A stretch of DNA of 64,000 bases from Balanoglossus misakiensis (GCA_040954595.2 CM082589.2:3424213-3488212), one strand, 5' to 3'. Positions 40,695 to 54,739 are shown, counted from the first letter of the stretch. The notes: generated by a model from the letters alone, not told the origin. Made by a program: numbers and translations.

Positions 40695-43600
40695 CAAATG
40701 AGCTCATCGTCGAGCGCGCCCGCCAACTCAGGTTCAAAAATGAAGAAAGAACGCCCAGTGACGCAAAACACGCAAAATACGCCTCCACCTTCGCCCTCAC
40801 CGGATAAAAATAAATCCAAGGCCTGCTGTTTTTGTTGGTGCTGTTGCTGCAGCTGCAGTTGGTAAGTGAAATTCACTTATCTCCACTCCATGGCATTCAC
40901 TTCACGGTCACTTATCAAATCAAACTTTCACACGCTACATGCATACAGTGATTTTGCCCATTAGCTCTGACGGGCCCTTTAACGAAAATTGTGGACTTTG
41001 GTAGACTCATCTGGTCGACCTATTCAAAGAAGTCAGTGTAAAACGATTCGTTATTTTCGGAAATAATCAAGATTCAAGTTTTGTTTGTCCGTATGTTTAA
41101 AATAGACGGAAATCCAGCCCGTGGCAAACGGTTGGTTCACGTTTAAACAGTCGAAGATCATGTTTAAACAGAGAAGTCCCGTGTTTGTATTTTTGTTTTG
41201 ACGTCAATATGTGAAACGTCTGATGACGTAAGATCTGGATTCTCCGAGGCCCAAATTTTATTGAGAGAAGAACGAGGCAGACATAAGAAGCCGACGTCAT
41301 CACCTCGTTGTGAAAATTGAACGTCATCTGTCAAGTGAATTAGAGCGCAAAACAGTTGTGTGCTGTGCTGTAGATTGAAGTTGGGGTACAAGATCTCGTT
41401 TGACCGCGGAAAAATCTTGGCAAACAGTATGTTTGGCTTCGCTGATTGTGAGTGGCTCTTGGTCGTCTGTCTCTGGAGATCGCTTGTAACAGATCGCGAT
41501 ATTTCATGTTTGCGCAGACGACATTCCGTCTCTTTACTCAAGTGATGTTCAGTGTCTGCCTGCGAACTCCTCTCGGCATGTTTAAATTCTTCGGGCCGAG
41601 CATCCCATCCTTTTTATATGCCCTATATACCATAGATGTTTGCCTCTGCCATCTTCGCCGCAAAGTCCCGCGGCATCAATTGATCTCCGCGCAAAGCGCC
41701 AAGGACGAAGCGTTCACAACAAGACATAAACCACTCACAAACAACAAGCAACCAGAGCTGTTTGCAAAGCGAACCCAATCCAATCAACTCATTCAAATTC
41801 ATTAAAGCTATAAGTATGTCAGATCAGTTTTGTTATTGTCTGTAAGAGATGCTTTCCCATGTCCAATATTATCTACATGGTTTGCTCCGGGATGACAACA
41901 CTTGTGGTCATACAAATTACTTGGAGTCTCAGATTAGCTTTCCAGGGGACGTCTCGCATTGTGAAGATTCCTACGCATTACCTTATCATATTATATGAGT
42001 AAAATAAGCTGTTAGACCTTGGCGTTGCTATTTCATTCATTTGACCCGAGATAAGTTGGATTTTGAAGCCGGCATTAGTCCGAGATAAATGAGTCGTTTC
42101 ACATTGCATAGCGTGAATTCCGTCTTATTATCAATGTTATTTTTAAATGATCGGTTGCTTCTCATTACCGCGGAAGGAATCGGCGGTTGTTCACAACAGA
42201 CAACATTTCATTTTCTTTGGTCGTTTTTCCGGACTGTTCCTACTGGTTATCGTCTTTGTCAATTAAAACCTTGATATCAGCCGACGCATTTCAAGTAGAA
42301 GACTTTCAGTTTTGTATACGTTTTGATCAGATCATTTTCTGTCCAAGTCTCGACCAAGCAAGAATTGTATGGTATCGGTATCATAAATAAGAAAACAAAT
42401 CAAAATATTCTGGGTGATACTGTTTACATGAATACTCTAGGATAAAGTGTTTCATATCGATTATTGATGATTTCATTCAATCTAATATTGAATGCAGATC
42501 GATCTCCCCTGTTTGTTGCCAACTTTACTTTATCATGATCGATGAGAAAAAAAAATTGCTGACATACCAAAGTCCTCCACCACCCCCTCCCCGAAAAAAT
42601 CAAATGGTTCTCCCCTTACTGCCTGGTCTCAGATTTCCAGATATCAGTACACGAGTTCTATTATAATTCATGATATGACTGTCGCATCACTGTAATTTAT
42701 CAATCTGGCTCGAGTTACCACAAGTGTTGAAATCTCATCCAAAGCAAATTAATCATAACTGTCATCAATATCTCCCCTACCCATTCATGAATTCCTTATT
42801 ACAATAATGATGACTCCAGACTGGATTTGAACGTAATTCCAAAACTGTTTGTCTAATGACACTCGAAATCAAATGTAAACGCAGACCGCCAGTGTCTTTT
42901 TAGTTAGTAGCATAAATTCGTCTTTCCAAATCAACCGAAGGAAAAATTTAACGGAAATAAGAAAAGAATTATTTTGTTTAAAACCTGAGTAACTTAGCTT
43001 TTGGCTATTTTCAGTATATTTATCATATCAACTCTACTCCGGATAGCTTTACGAAATATTCAGTCTTCAGCTTCCATTGCAAATGTTGGCAAGTCCGGAC
43101 TTGAATTCAATTTTACGATAATAATGCAGATTGCTATAAAAGGGTTTTTATGAGTGACAAAAACAAGTACGTGGCTTCCTTATGTTTTACAAAGTGTACA
43201 CCAAACCACAGTTGAAAAGCAAAACAAAAATACTGAGGAAATAGCTCATAGCTGATACAAGAAGGGAGGCGGACTATGACAGCCATTCACTATGGAATGG
43301 CCCTAAGGTCGTGGGAATACACTGTAGCCTAGTTCTGCCGACGTGAATGGGGCTGAGTTGGGGTTATTCTACAGACATAACTACATTTTACATGCATCGT
43401 CTTTTTTCGTGAAAAATCTAAGTATCTCCTGACCTTACATATCAACACACATGTATAAATTATTGTGTATTATGGGATATCGAATTGTGATTCCATAATG
43501 TGACGCCACTGAGTGGCACTATTTTATAGACAACCTGACGTATCATTTTGTCAGAAAATTTGGCTGAGTGAAAATATTAAATTAATCTCGTGGTGGGGGG

Positions 43601-44518
43601 GGGGGAATGGACATGTATCGTACACGTGAACCGTGAAGCATGCTGTAATGTAACCGTGCCCTTCATCTCAAGAACGACCTTGACCTGCTATGCCTTCTTA
43701 TAAGAGTCGCCATGGAAACCGAGAAAAGTACGCGGAGGTATATAAGCTTTGAATCAGGGTTAGGTCATAAAACGGGGCCGCTTACGTGTGATTGGCACTG
43801 CCCTAGAAGAAAGCACATAGATTTGACAAATGAATTCTCAATGACCCAGCCGAAAAATCGCTGTTTCTTTCTGGAGCATTTCAAGGTCGACAGTTTGCTT
43901 TTTTTGTTAAAACTTGTGTTTTTTGGTCACATTGGATATTGGTTCTTGAACAATACTAGTGTGGGCACGCGGTTTCTTTGAAATGAAACATTCAATTGAA
44001 ATTCACAATGTACAGTATAGTACAGTGCCCACGTTTCGCGTCACAAATTCAGGTCACGACGTTAGACTTAACGGATTCTGACAAATTTAGGTCATCTTCT
44101 TTTGTTATACTGCGAAAGAAAATGTTTGAGAGCTGGTGTCCTTCATTCTCACACGGAAGCATTTAATTAAAATAGATAAATAGTCCCATCTTGTTAAAAC
44201 AGAGAAATTCTATCTCATTGTTTCCGTTGTATTTTACTTCTTAATATTTAATATGGCCACGCACTACTCACATAATATGTACAGTACACGCTATTCAGAA
44301 AGCGTTTTCAGTATATTTCCTGGAAAAGGAGCGACAGTTCCTTTCAAGGAATGGGCATTCATTTAAACATACATGGAGATTTATTTACGCTAGGGCAAAT
44401 TAGCTGACACGTCGGAGACACTTTGAGCTACTGTAATTGCCTATTTGGATTTTTAATACTCAGGCTGCCAAGAGTACAATGAACAGATCGTGAAATATTT
44501 CTTTTCTTCGAATGTAAT

Positions 44519-44570
<52 letters not shown>

Positions 44571-45833
44571 ATTATTTCTCTCATTCTCTCTGCCTCTGTC
44601 TCTCTCCCCCAGTCTCACGTTGCGTGATAGGCCCAAGGACAACGACAATCAAAAGGGCGACACCAAAATGGAACTTCTTAATAAAAATAAAGAACAGGAA
44701 AAGTAAGTCAACTAATAATTTTGCCCTTTGACAATTATAAACCGATGAATATGGCGGATATCATATGCAAGCTACTATAAACATCGACAGCTAATCAGAT
44801 ACCTAGCCAACGAGCCTGTGTCACTTGTGTTGTTCAGAGAGTGATATTCCAGTCATTTCCTGTTTTGATTGATTTGCAGGCCATCTATAGAAGACATCAA
44901 GTCCTGGGCTGAATCGTTTGATAAATTAATGAAGAGCACGTGTAAGTAAGATGACTAATGAGTTGCTTTTCTGCGAATTCCCGCCATAATGAGCAGTCGA
45001 ACGACTGAACTCGGCCATGTTTTAATTGCCATGGGCACATTTGTACGGCTTTCGCGTGTATCGTACGTCACGCCGCACAACACAATGTGATTGGGTAAAT
45101 ATCTATTTCGTGAAACAGTGTAATTTTATCTGTCATCCGGGTGATAAAGTCTTCCGACAAATATGCGAAAGTCTATATTTAAGCTTCTATACATTCTGTT
45201 GACGTTCTTGTTGTTGTTTTTCCCCTTTCAGACGGACGTGACACATTTAGGGATTTCTTAAAATTGGAGTACAGTGAAGAAAATTTGCTATTTTGGATTG
45301 CTTGTGAAGACCTGAGGCAATACTCCGAGCAGGAAATCGTTGAAGAAAAATCAAGACTTATATATGAAGACTACATCTCGATACTTTCGCCAAAAGAGGT
45401 AGAGTAACATTTCCAAACATTGTTTTGGAATATTATTTGTGTTGGAATGTTCTAGCTCTCGAAAATCGCCTTTATGACGTCAATAGTGTCAAAAGTGATC
45501 AACTTTTCCCTTTAAAGTGTCCGAGATGCTATGGCATGTATCTGATTGATAGGCATCGGTGCAGCGCCACCACGTGACTTAACCGAGTTTCTGAGGCAAA
45601 TATGCTACCTTCCCTAGCGATTAACCTATTTGCATATTCATATCCATCTGTCTATACTTTTTCAGGTTAGTTTGGATTCTCGGGTACGAGAGGTCATAAA
45701 CAGAAATATGGTGGACCCAACGCCACACACATTCGACGATGCACAGCAACAGATTTATATCCTAATGCATAGAGACTCCTACCCAAGATTTTTAAATTCA
45801 CAATTGTACAAACGACTATTATGCAAGGGATGA
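40695..45833 (+). CDS. RGS17: Regulator of G-protein signaling, RZ/A subfamily (RGS17/19/20-like), common exons
   Basis: Exons 40695-40861, 44613-44702, 44880-44941, 45232-45398, 45666-45833, all GT/AG and in frame. Cysteine string CCFCWCCCCSCSCLT, then RGS domain SWAESFDKLMKS...EYSEENLLFWIACEDL...YEDYISILSPKEVSLDSRVREVINRN...AQQQIYILMHRDSYPRFLNS. Likely co-orthologue of RGS17/19/20. Confidence 0.93.
44522..44610. repeat. (CT)n tract forming the polypyrimidine tract of the RGS exon at 44613
   Basis: About 22 perfect CT units, then degenerate CT-rich sequence up to ccccag|. Confidence 0.85.
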
Positions 45834-48636
45834 GAGTGCACACGAGCGATGATCTAGCTGTTTCATTCCTGCTGTCAATTTTATTTCTTGTGCATTAAAA
45901 CATGTTTAAAAGAATGAAATACTCGCGGATCCACCGGAAATGACAAAGTAATAATATTCAAGAGGCGGGAATAATTTACCTGTCGTTTTGAAGATGCAGC
46001 AACACTCTTTGGCAAGATGGCGACCGAAGGAAGCTGCATGGACATGTTTATTATTGTCTGGTGGATTTTCAACCATGGCATGTCGTTTCCTTTTGTGAAA
46101 AAACAGGACAGCGCCGCTATCTTTATTGAGAATCTCTGACGGGTGCTACTGGTGAAAAATCGAACCGGAAGTGCTACATTTGCTTTGACATTTGCAGGGA
46201 CGTTCTGCACGAGTAACAACGTATGTTTAGACATAGTACAAAATGGCGGCCGCGCAGAAATGGACAACTTGTTATGAAGGAGACGCTCGCGATATTTCCA
46301 GCGTTTTCTCAGACGGAACAGGATTTCCCTACGATAGGTGACTTACCGGATACCTAGAGTGTCCATTTAAAGCCCGCTGTTCATATCGAACAGGGCAGGA
46401 ATAGCAACAACGTCCCCCCGTTCCGTCATTTTGTGACGATGGTGGTTCTTGTGAGAACCGATTTCTGTGAGATTGTAGTTGTCTGGCGTTAATATCTAGA
46501 AGAGGAAATGAGTGGTGTGTCCTTGTGGAAAGACTGGCGATAGCTGAAAGCAACGTTTTGTAGTGCTGCTGCGTCTCCATGGTAACCACAACATTTTCTT
46601 CAGCTGACTCAAGATTTATTACAAATTTGGTTTTCGACATTATCCAAGAGACACTAAGGCAATAGTTTTCCGTGAACAACATCTTTTGAGCTGTTTACAA
46701 GAAGACTTAATTATCACAAATGAAATTAGTTTTGAAGAAAAATATTCTCACAATTTTTTCAAAGTTTGGTTTATAATTGTTATTTTGACGTTTTGTACAT
46801 GGTCGTGACGTCAATGTCATTTACTGTTCTCTGTCTTTGAGCTATAATTTGTGAATTGCAGTTACGTCACAGCTCATTACTATGCATCGGAACCATCCGT
46901 GCTTCTTGTGCCACTGTTCCAATGGTAATGATACATCCAATGAACTCTAATTGCGTGAACTGGCTGAATGTCAACATGAACCTCACTTGACATACAGTGG
47001 GCCATTCAAGTCGCTATAGCTTTACATTACAATTGTATTTCATTTTCCTCTTCGAAAAATAGCAGCCCTGGGTTAGTATGGTGGGTTATATAAAATAACC
47101 TGACACTTTGACAAATCGGGACGATCGTAACCGTTACGTTGTGTGAATTTGGGTTCTTATCTTTGTTTAGAAAAAAATAACAAATCAAGACAAAAAACGA
47201 TCCCCGAAATGCATGTCTTCGTATCTGGCGCATGCGCGGTTGGATGTACGATCGCCTGGAGGTCGTTCGCACTAATGCAGTAGTCTGTCCGTTGAAGCTG
47301 CCTTAGAAATGACGTGATCATCGAAATCCATGAAATTCAAAAATAGCAAATCGTATCACTACCATTGATGAAGTCATTAAAATTTCATTTCCTGACATAT
47401 CATAAGTACAGCCATATTACCTCCCCTTCCAATAACTGACGAGGCTGACTCTACACGTATTGCCGTGAAAACATTGTAATGTACAAACTGGGCACAAAAT
47501 TGGTTTTCTGTCATATATTATGACCGAATTTCGTTTTAAAACAATGTGTTTGCTGGGAATGTTTGCACCAACCGTTGTGTCTCCACTATATATGCCGGGC
47601 ATTATACAAACAACCTGCATGTTTCAGCGTAAATCCACTTACGAATGAGGCGAAATTTTACGAATGAAATTCTAATCAATCAGATTGGGGGAGGGGGTAT
47701 ATTATGTAAATGTGGACCATGACACGTCACCACGCGGTGGAGTGGGGCCATTCCATTCAAATTGGGCTGTGAAACCACACACTGAGACATGGAATCAAGA
47801 TTTCGTTGACAAGTACTACCGCTGCAATCAGCTGAAAGAATTGTCAATGAAATCACCGAGGTAGTATGAGTCCATTGATAAAACTATAATAAAAAATTAC
47901 AGGTCACGTGCTATTTAACAGGTCATAATATTTTTCCACGGACAATGTGTAATCTCGTGATATGTTCATAGTGAAGTCACGTGTTCTGCGTTCAAAGCTG
48001 GCAATTGTAATTTGTTTACACGTGAACTCAAACCAGGTGCAATACATACAGCATACTGCTTTATGGTCGTGAATTGTAAAATTTGTTAATATGTCTTGTT
48101 GTTATCATTTATATTTAATTTATTAAGAATCTGATGTTTGTCTTATTTTTACTGTCACTCAGCTGACATGTTTTATTCTGTACAAAGATTCATCTGTTTA
48201 AATAGATATTCAACTTTCTCAGAAGAAAAAAAAATATTTGTACTTTTTGACAAGGGAGGTTTTCCTTTTTTTCTTACTTGCATTTTTCTGGCTACAGCTA
48301 CTGTTCATGACCAGATTCGTCACCGTTAATCATGTTAAGTCGTCTAAATTCTTCTTCAGTACCTTACAAGAGATTCAAGGTTATAACCTCTTTGATTGGA
48401 CACGAGATTTATGACGTCACAGTTTGTCAAGATCCAACCGGATGTGACGTATTGGCAATCATGGTGAGCCTCGATCGCATTTCCGTTGAAGAGAACAGTC
48501 ATGAAATTTAGACCAAACCGTTATTAAATCAGATCAGTAGTTTGTAGACTTAAAGTATTTGTAATAGATTACGAAATCTAACCTTAACCTTCTCTCACAC
48601 ATTCCTACATTTCATCACCACTTGTAATCTTACTGA

Positions 48637-48724
48637 AAGTAGTCAACTTTACACTGGAGCTAGTCAACGTTAAACAGGAAGTAGTCAACTTTACACCGGA
48701 AGTAGTCAACTTTAAACAGGAAGT
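48637..48724. repeat. 21-bp minisatellite, ~4 copies (gaagtagtcaactttacaccg-like)
   Basis: Four near-identical tagtcaac(t/g)tta(c/a)ac units; probably the core array of a small non-autonomous element. Confidence 0.75.
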
Positions 48725-49963
48725 TCTGAATGGCGTGTTGACCATGCCGCGTAAGTGTGGAAGTAGCTGTCACAAAAATGTGTTTATAGCGTATCTACTC
48801 TCAGCCTGGATCTTTTGCTACGATTTGTTTGTTTGGCGTCTCCCATTCTCCTTCCTCTAGGTTCGAACAGAAAACAAGTTTTGATGTGTCCGTCTGTCAT
48901 TCTTAGTGTGTTGCAACTTGATCAATTACAGGGTTTACCGTATTACAAGCAATTATCTGCATCTAGGTCGATTGAAAACTTAAAAATCATCAGCCAATTA
49001 CTGTCTTCTGTTCAAGAGAACGTGAAACTACCCTGTTACCACGGGTAGATGTCTTAAATACTTCCCTAGGTGGTTCATAGGTCAAGGGTTATTTGAAACA
49101 CAAAGAACGCTGCCATTTGTTGTACAGTTTGTCTCCTTTCAAGTCATGTACATCTCCTCATCTGTTTTGAGTGTATTTTTTATTTTCCGTCAATCGACAA
49201 ATGTTGCTGAATTCATTCTAAACTTCACCCAAACTCAGATAACATCTGCTTCGATGGATTTTCTCTTTCTATACAAGTTCAATTTCAAAATAAATCAATA
49301 TACACATCACACTTTTTGTAAACTCCTCTTTCAATCCCATAATGCATCAGTCCCCATCTTTATCAGTATTTCTACAACTTGCAAAAACAAATAAAAAGTG
49401 ATTGTGATTTTACAGAATCTATTGCGTTGGTATTGATTTTTTGTGCGATGCGTGGAATTATGGGAACGTCTGATTTAAAGCCTGAAATATGTGGAGTTTC
49501 CAACGTGTGTGTGCGCATATTACGATGGCTGCGATGGTAGAAGACTTGATCAAGTAATTACAGTCTCTGGTGATATCATACGTTGCAAATCTTCACCTTA
49601 TCTCCGGAAATTTATCAGATAAACAGGAGTGTTAAACGAAAGAACTGACTGATTATATTTTGGTTGTTGTGGTGTCATGAAAATACAAAGACAGGTATCG
49701 TACAACAAAGTCAAATTGAAATGTATCACTTTTATTTCTAAGAAGAAATACTGTCAAAGGCACATCACGTCGTTTTGAGTTGTACTAAACGGAACAACCT
49801 ACATTGCATGCAAAATATCAAAAGCCGCAGACGACTTCTTCAGATTGTAACTCGACATTGAAAATGTCTCTTATTTTAGAAAAACGATAGATCTCGAGTA
49901 AATGCATTGGTCTTGCTGTTCACTGGAGGTAAAGTTCTGCCATGCAAAGTGCAATGACCTCGT

Positions 49964-52900
49964 TCATTCCACCAAGCCCAGTTTGCATTCTGATTTCACC
50001 ATCTTGGCGGACAATTCAGCTCTGCGTTTCTCTTCAATCTCTTCCTGGGTCCATGGCCTGTAGTTCTTTCTCCATTCCTCCTCTGGGAAGAGTCTCTCGA
50101 AGTGATCACCACGTCCCAGACCAATCTGATGTAAAATAATAAACAAAACCGTTACACATACACGTACCACTTGTTACGTAAGAGAAGTTTTCTATTGTTT
50201 TCGCGGCCAGGTGCACATATGTTTATTTCTCTATTTAACATACTAGCGTGACCAGGTGTTAGTTTTTGGTCGTGTCAAAACAATCCAGTGCCACGTTGTC
50301 GTGTGACTCATTTTGATTCTAGTCTGGTAGCAGTGCCGTCACCTTGGAGTTTTGGGAGCCCACCGTACGGAGTTTGCCTGTCGACTGTGGTAGCTGAAGA
50401 TTGACACTGCCGAAGGGACTTGGTGAAGCCGTGGTGGATGTTTATGAGGACGCCGCGTGGAATTTGGGAGCCGTCCTGAGGGAGCGCGTCTCCGTGTCAC
50501 TGTGGAACTGTATTTGAGGTAATACGTATCTGTCTTTTGTATACTAGCGTTAAACGGACAGAAAGGCCATTATGTAATGGCTATTACCATTATGTCCACA
50601 CGTCATCACTCGCATTATGATGTGAGGTGTGTCTTATTACACCCTATCGGCAGAGGGCGCTCTCCGATACCAAGACATATCGGCGCTTACCTGTCTATGA
50701 AGTAAATTCTTGAGTTTATTGGTGAACCTGTAGGGGTTGTTGTCGCCCTCAAAGATCTTCTTGTCCGCCCTGACCACCAACGAACCGCCCAGGTGGAGTT
50801 CTTCTTGGAGGACGCCGCGTTTGTACGAGTAGTAGACGCCCTGGGGGAAGGCCGTGCAATTGCAGTCGCGTGGGTTCATGTCGCCGGGTTTGAAGAATTC
50901 TGTCACGCTCATTTTGGGAAATCTGCGAAGAAAATCATCATAAAAAGTGTATATGAATTCAGTTGTTGCAATTGTTCGTTTAATTGCTGGTTATTCTCCG
51001 TCACAGACGCCACTGTCTTTGTACCCCCGCTGTCTCTGGTTTCTCCTATATTTGTTTCAATGGATCAAGACACAATGGAAGCGAATACTTACTTGTGGTG
51101 ACTGTCTTCGATCGTCACTACAATCATGTTCTCCTGGCTCTTGAAGAAGTCGTTGTTTAAGACCCATTCACGTGGCAATTCGTAATAATATTCCGCAACC
51201 CCACCCATCTTTTCTTGTCCATCTGCAAGAGACATAGTGTATATTGGTTTTTGATATCGATATATTGGTTTTTGATATTGATAAATATCATAAAAGCGAT
51301 AGAGCTGACGTGCACGAAAAAGGTGTACGTTCTACATACCCTGCTTGCTCTTGCCATCTGGTTTTATTACCATGACGTCACATAAGTATCCCTGCCCCAT
51401 CTGATACAGAGCGGAAGTTGTACTCACACGTTCTGAAATAGAATATACATGTAGAGCGTTATTCGTGGATACCATTCATTTCAATGAGACATTGGTGAAA
51501 CTTATCAAGAACATTGCACATATTAACCCTTTCATCCCCATTTCCCCGTATAGAGGGCCAACTTCCCCCAATAGACAACAGATTTTGACCAAACCATGAT
51601 GTTCGAAAAGGGGGTGTTGAGCCAGGATTACTAACCAATCATGAACTTGGAGAGTTCCTCCGATTCAATTGAGTTGAAACTCTTTTTCCACAACTCGTCA
51701 TGGTCGTAGCGGGCGCCGAGCATGTTGCACAAGGTACGGACGTTGTATCGGAAGCCGTGAATGAAACCGGAAGCCGCTCTCCGGTCACGTGACTGCATAG
51801 ATGTGCCGATGAAGAAGAGATCCGGGACCGTTGTCTGCCAGTGTTCGTCCAGAACGACATATTTGCCCTCGGTGTGAGTTTCTGAAATAAGTGAAAAACA
51901 TCATGTTAAAATTTCGATCAGACCGCGACATCACAAGGGTACATCATTATAGCGATGCTCTTGTACAACAAAGGGGCAAATACTAGTAGCTTACCTGGCT
52001 TACAGGTTTCATCAAACATGTCAATATTGACGAACTTCCATCCTGTCGCCAGAATGACTTTGTCGTAGCCCTTGCTGGTGAAAGTTGCGGTGCCTGGTGG
52101 GTCCCAGTGGGGCAGTTCCATCTCGAAGGTCTGCGTGATTGTACCGTCAGCCTCTCGGACGAACTTCTTGGTGTCGCACTGGCGGAGAGCGTGGAGGGAT
52201 TTCAGATGGTACATGTCGAGGACGTTGTTGTTGACGGCTCTCAGATGACCCACGAAGTGAGTGTCCCACGCCAACTTGACAGGTGTGCGCGTGCACATGT
52301 GAATCATAGCTGCACTAGCGGCCAAATGATCTGCACACTGCATTGAAGAAATCAAATATTAGTTTATGGGATTTGTGCATGCATGTATAGATAACATACA
52401 GAAATACAGTATGGACAGCTATATGTCAGGGAGTTCACGAACAATACCATATCATCTTACCTCGAAGGCACTATTGCCGCCACCCAAGATCAAAACCTTC
52501 TTGTTTTCATACTCCTTCAAATCCAGAGTATGTTCTTGATAGGTGTCCGCCACCTCGATGCCTTCAATATCCGGCACATTGGGCAGAGCTGGACCGGTGC
52601 CAACAATCAGAACTTTGCAGGTGAAGACTTTCCCGTTCTGGTCGGTGATGGTGAAACGGGACGGGTGTCTCTTGTCTTGGGCGGCTTCTCTGTGCACTTT
52701 GACGATGTTGGTGTTGAGACGCACCTTCAGGTTGAACTTCTTGGAAAAATCACGTAAATAACTGAAATTGAAAAAAAAAATATGAACACTCGCTACTTGT
52801 ACGTCGTGTAATGGACGAAAACATTACATTACATCACAATCTGTCATGGAGGTAGTTCTAAGAGAGCGTGGATCTACCAAAAGAACTTACTCAACCAGAA

Positions 52901-53427
52901 GGCCCGCATCCGGAAACAGTTCATCCGAATAATCACAGAACGAGATGTCGTCTTCGTCACAGACCAGAGAATTCCAGTCATGGCGGAGATTGAATTCTCT
53001 CTCCTCGAAGAAGTTGTGCTTCTTGTTGATGGAGATCAGAGTGCGATGACGCGGGTACGTCTGGTAGAAGGAACCGACGCTATCGTTCCTCTCCAGGACG
53101 ATGTAATCTTTGCCCGCCTTCTCCATGCAGTAGGCCATCTGGACGCCGGCGGGACCGGCTCCGATGACGATGTATTCATAGTCTACGAAAGAAGGAAAGC
53201 AAGGATTCGTATTGTAAGACCATGGCGGTGCTCTGTAGTACGTGGTGGGGTTTTAGCAAGAAGGTGAGCTGACAGCAGATCCGCTGCAGAAAGTTGTTTG
53301 GGCATTTATGCAAACGGGCTGCATGCGAACACCAGTCAACCTTGCTGCAGTTTAGTAGCCCGTGGTTTTTCCTGGAGCTTTGAGTGTTAGACGGAAAATA
53401 CTAGTAACACTTACCTGTTTTCTCCAT
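49964..53427 (-). CDS. FOXRED2: FAD-dependent oxidoreductase, FOXRED2-like, copy A (9 exons, ~603 aa, no signal peptide)
   Basis: Exons 53427-53415, 53182-52891, 52761-52461, 52337-51995, 51881-51636, 51432-51340, 51222-51093, 50922-50691, 50125-49964; total 1812 nt. Motifs IGAGPAGVQMAY, YPRHRTLISINK, EFNLRHDWNSL, ILGGGNSAFE, THFVGHLRAVNN, SGFIHGFRY, SALYQM. Confidence 0.88.
50172..50569 (+). mobile_element. 3'-truncated copy of the LTR-like element at 37103, inside the last intron of FOXRED2-like copy A
   Basis: High identity to 37103-37497, starting at the same TGTTACGTA and ending at gaaaggcca. Confidence 0.75.
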
Positions 53428-53739
53428 GGCTATTCGTGAGCTGGTTGACCAACTTCGTCTTTCCACCAGGATATTGTCTGCGTTACTACGGCCGACTCAA
53501 CTGACAATGTCCAAAATCGCGTGATGTTAGGGAAACTATATATGTCCAGCGCCAAAAGGTGACATTTGCATACTAATCCCCGCGGAACAATCAATCTGAC
53601 CAGTGTGATTGCTAGATATTGAATTTGCATACAAAATGTCAGCGCTGTCAATCAAAAAAGTTTATCTTCCCTGATGGCATGACGGGATAGCGTCCTCATG
53701 GAGCGATTTTCCTTTGTTTATGGCTTTATTATCAAGTGT

Positions 53740-54572
53740 CGAGACAATATTTACTAAAATCTTTAGGTTATGAAACTAATTTTTGGTGGTGTTGTGTAAC
53801 TGAAATAATTTTGACCATTGGGGTCACGGTCAGGGTAGCTCAGAAGGTCATATTTTGAAATGCAGTTTGAGTAGTAAAAAGGAATATACCTTGTTATTTC
53901 AAAATTGTTCTAAAATATCAAAAGTATCCGCTGCAAAATGAATTAGCACAACAATTGTGCCCCCAAAGGTAGCTCCGCCACAGAACAATAATTTTTGAAG
54001 GTCGCTAATATTTCTAAAATAGCCATTGCCACGACTAATTTTCTGATCGTATTCATATCATTTCCACGCAAAATTCTTCATGGTTCTGAAGTTGTGATGC
54101 TTGTGGTGTTTTGATTCTCGCCTGATGTGTACGTGCGTCGAAATTTAATGTGTTCATTCCAAACTTGGTACGACTCTCTGATTAAAAAGCTTTAAAAAAA
54201 GTCTAAAACAACTTTTTAACTTGACGTTGACAATGAGCTGCCTCAATCATCGACCTCGACAATTTTTGACCCTCGCCCCACTGTCAGCCCAACTTTCGGT
54301 CACATCTCGCCAAGAGAACAGAAATGTTGCAAAAAATATGGGGATTTGGGTTTTTCTCTTAGAGTACCTCCATGGGTTTGTGCAGAAAAGCCGCTTGATC
54401 AAAAACAACGTCCTCGCGAATGCGAGATTTATGTCCTCATAAACAAATGACGAGACAATATTGACTCAAATCTTTAGGTTATGAAACTAATTTTTGGCAG
54501 CGTTGTGTAACCGACATAATTTTGACTATTGGGGTCACGGTCAGGGTGGCACACCGAGGTCATATTTTGAAA
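53740..54572. repeat. Two ~120-bp diverged direct repeats (53740-53860 and 54451-54572), probably within an old non-autonomous element
   Basis: Both read cgagacaatatt.act.aaatctttaggttatgaaactaatttttgg...ttggggtcacggtcagggt...aggtcatattttgaaa. Confidence 0.75.
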
Positions 54573-54739
54573 AGCTTTCGTTCATTTTGAAAAAAAAATG
54601 AAATATATCTTTTTATTTCAATTTTGGTCGTTTTCATGTAAAGCCCCTTGTATACAGTAGACTCTTGTGGTACAACCATTGACCCGCGCTGTCTGTGGTT
54701 GTACCCCAGACCACGGTCCCCCCGCACACCGTGCCCAGA

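Noticed and set aside
44460-44648. ER-repeat and SL-repeat ORFs
   Set aside because: Translation artefacts of the (CT)n microsatellite; only 44613-44702 is exonic.
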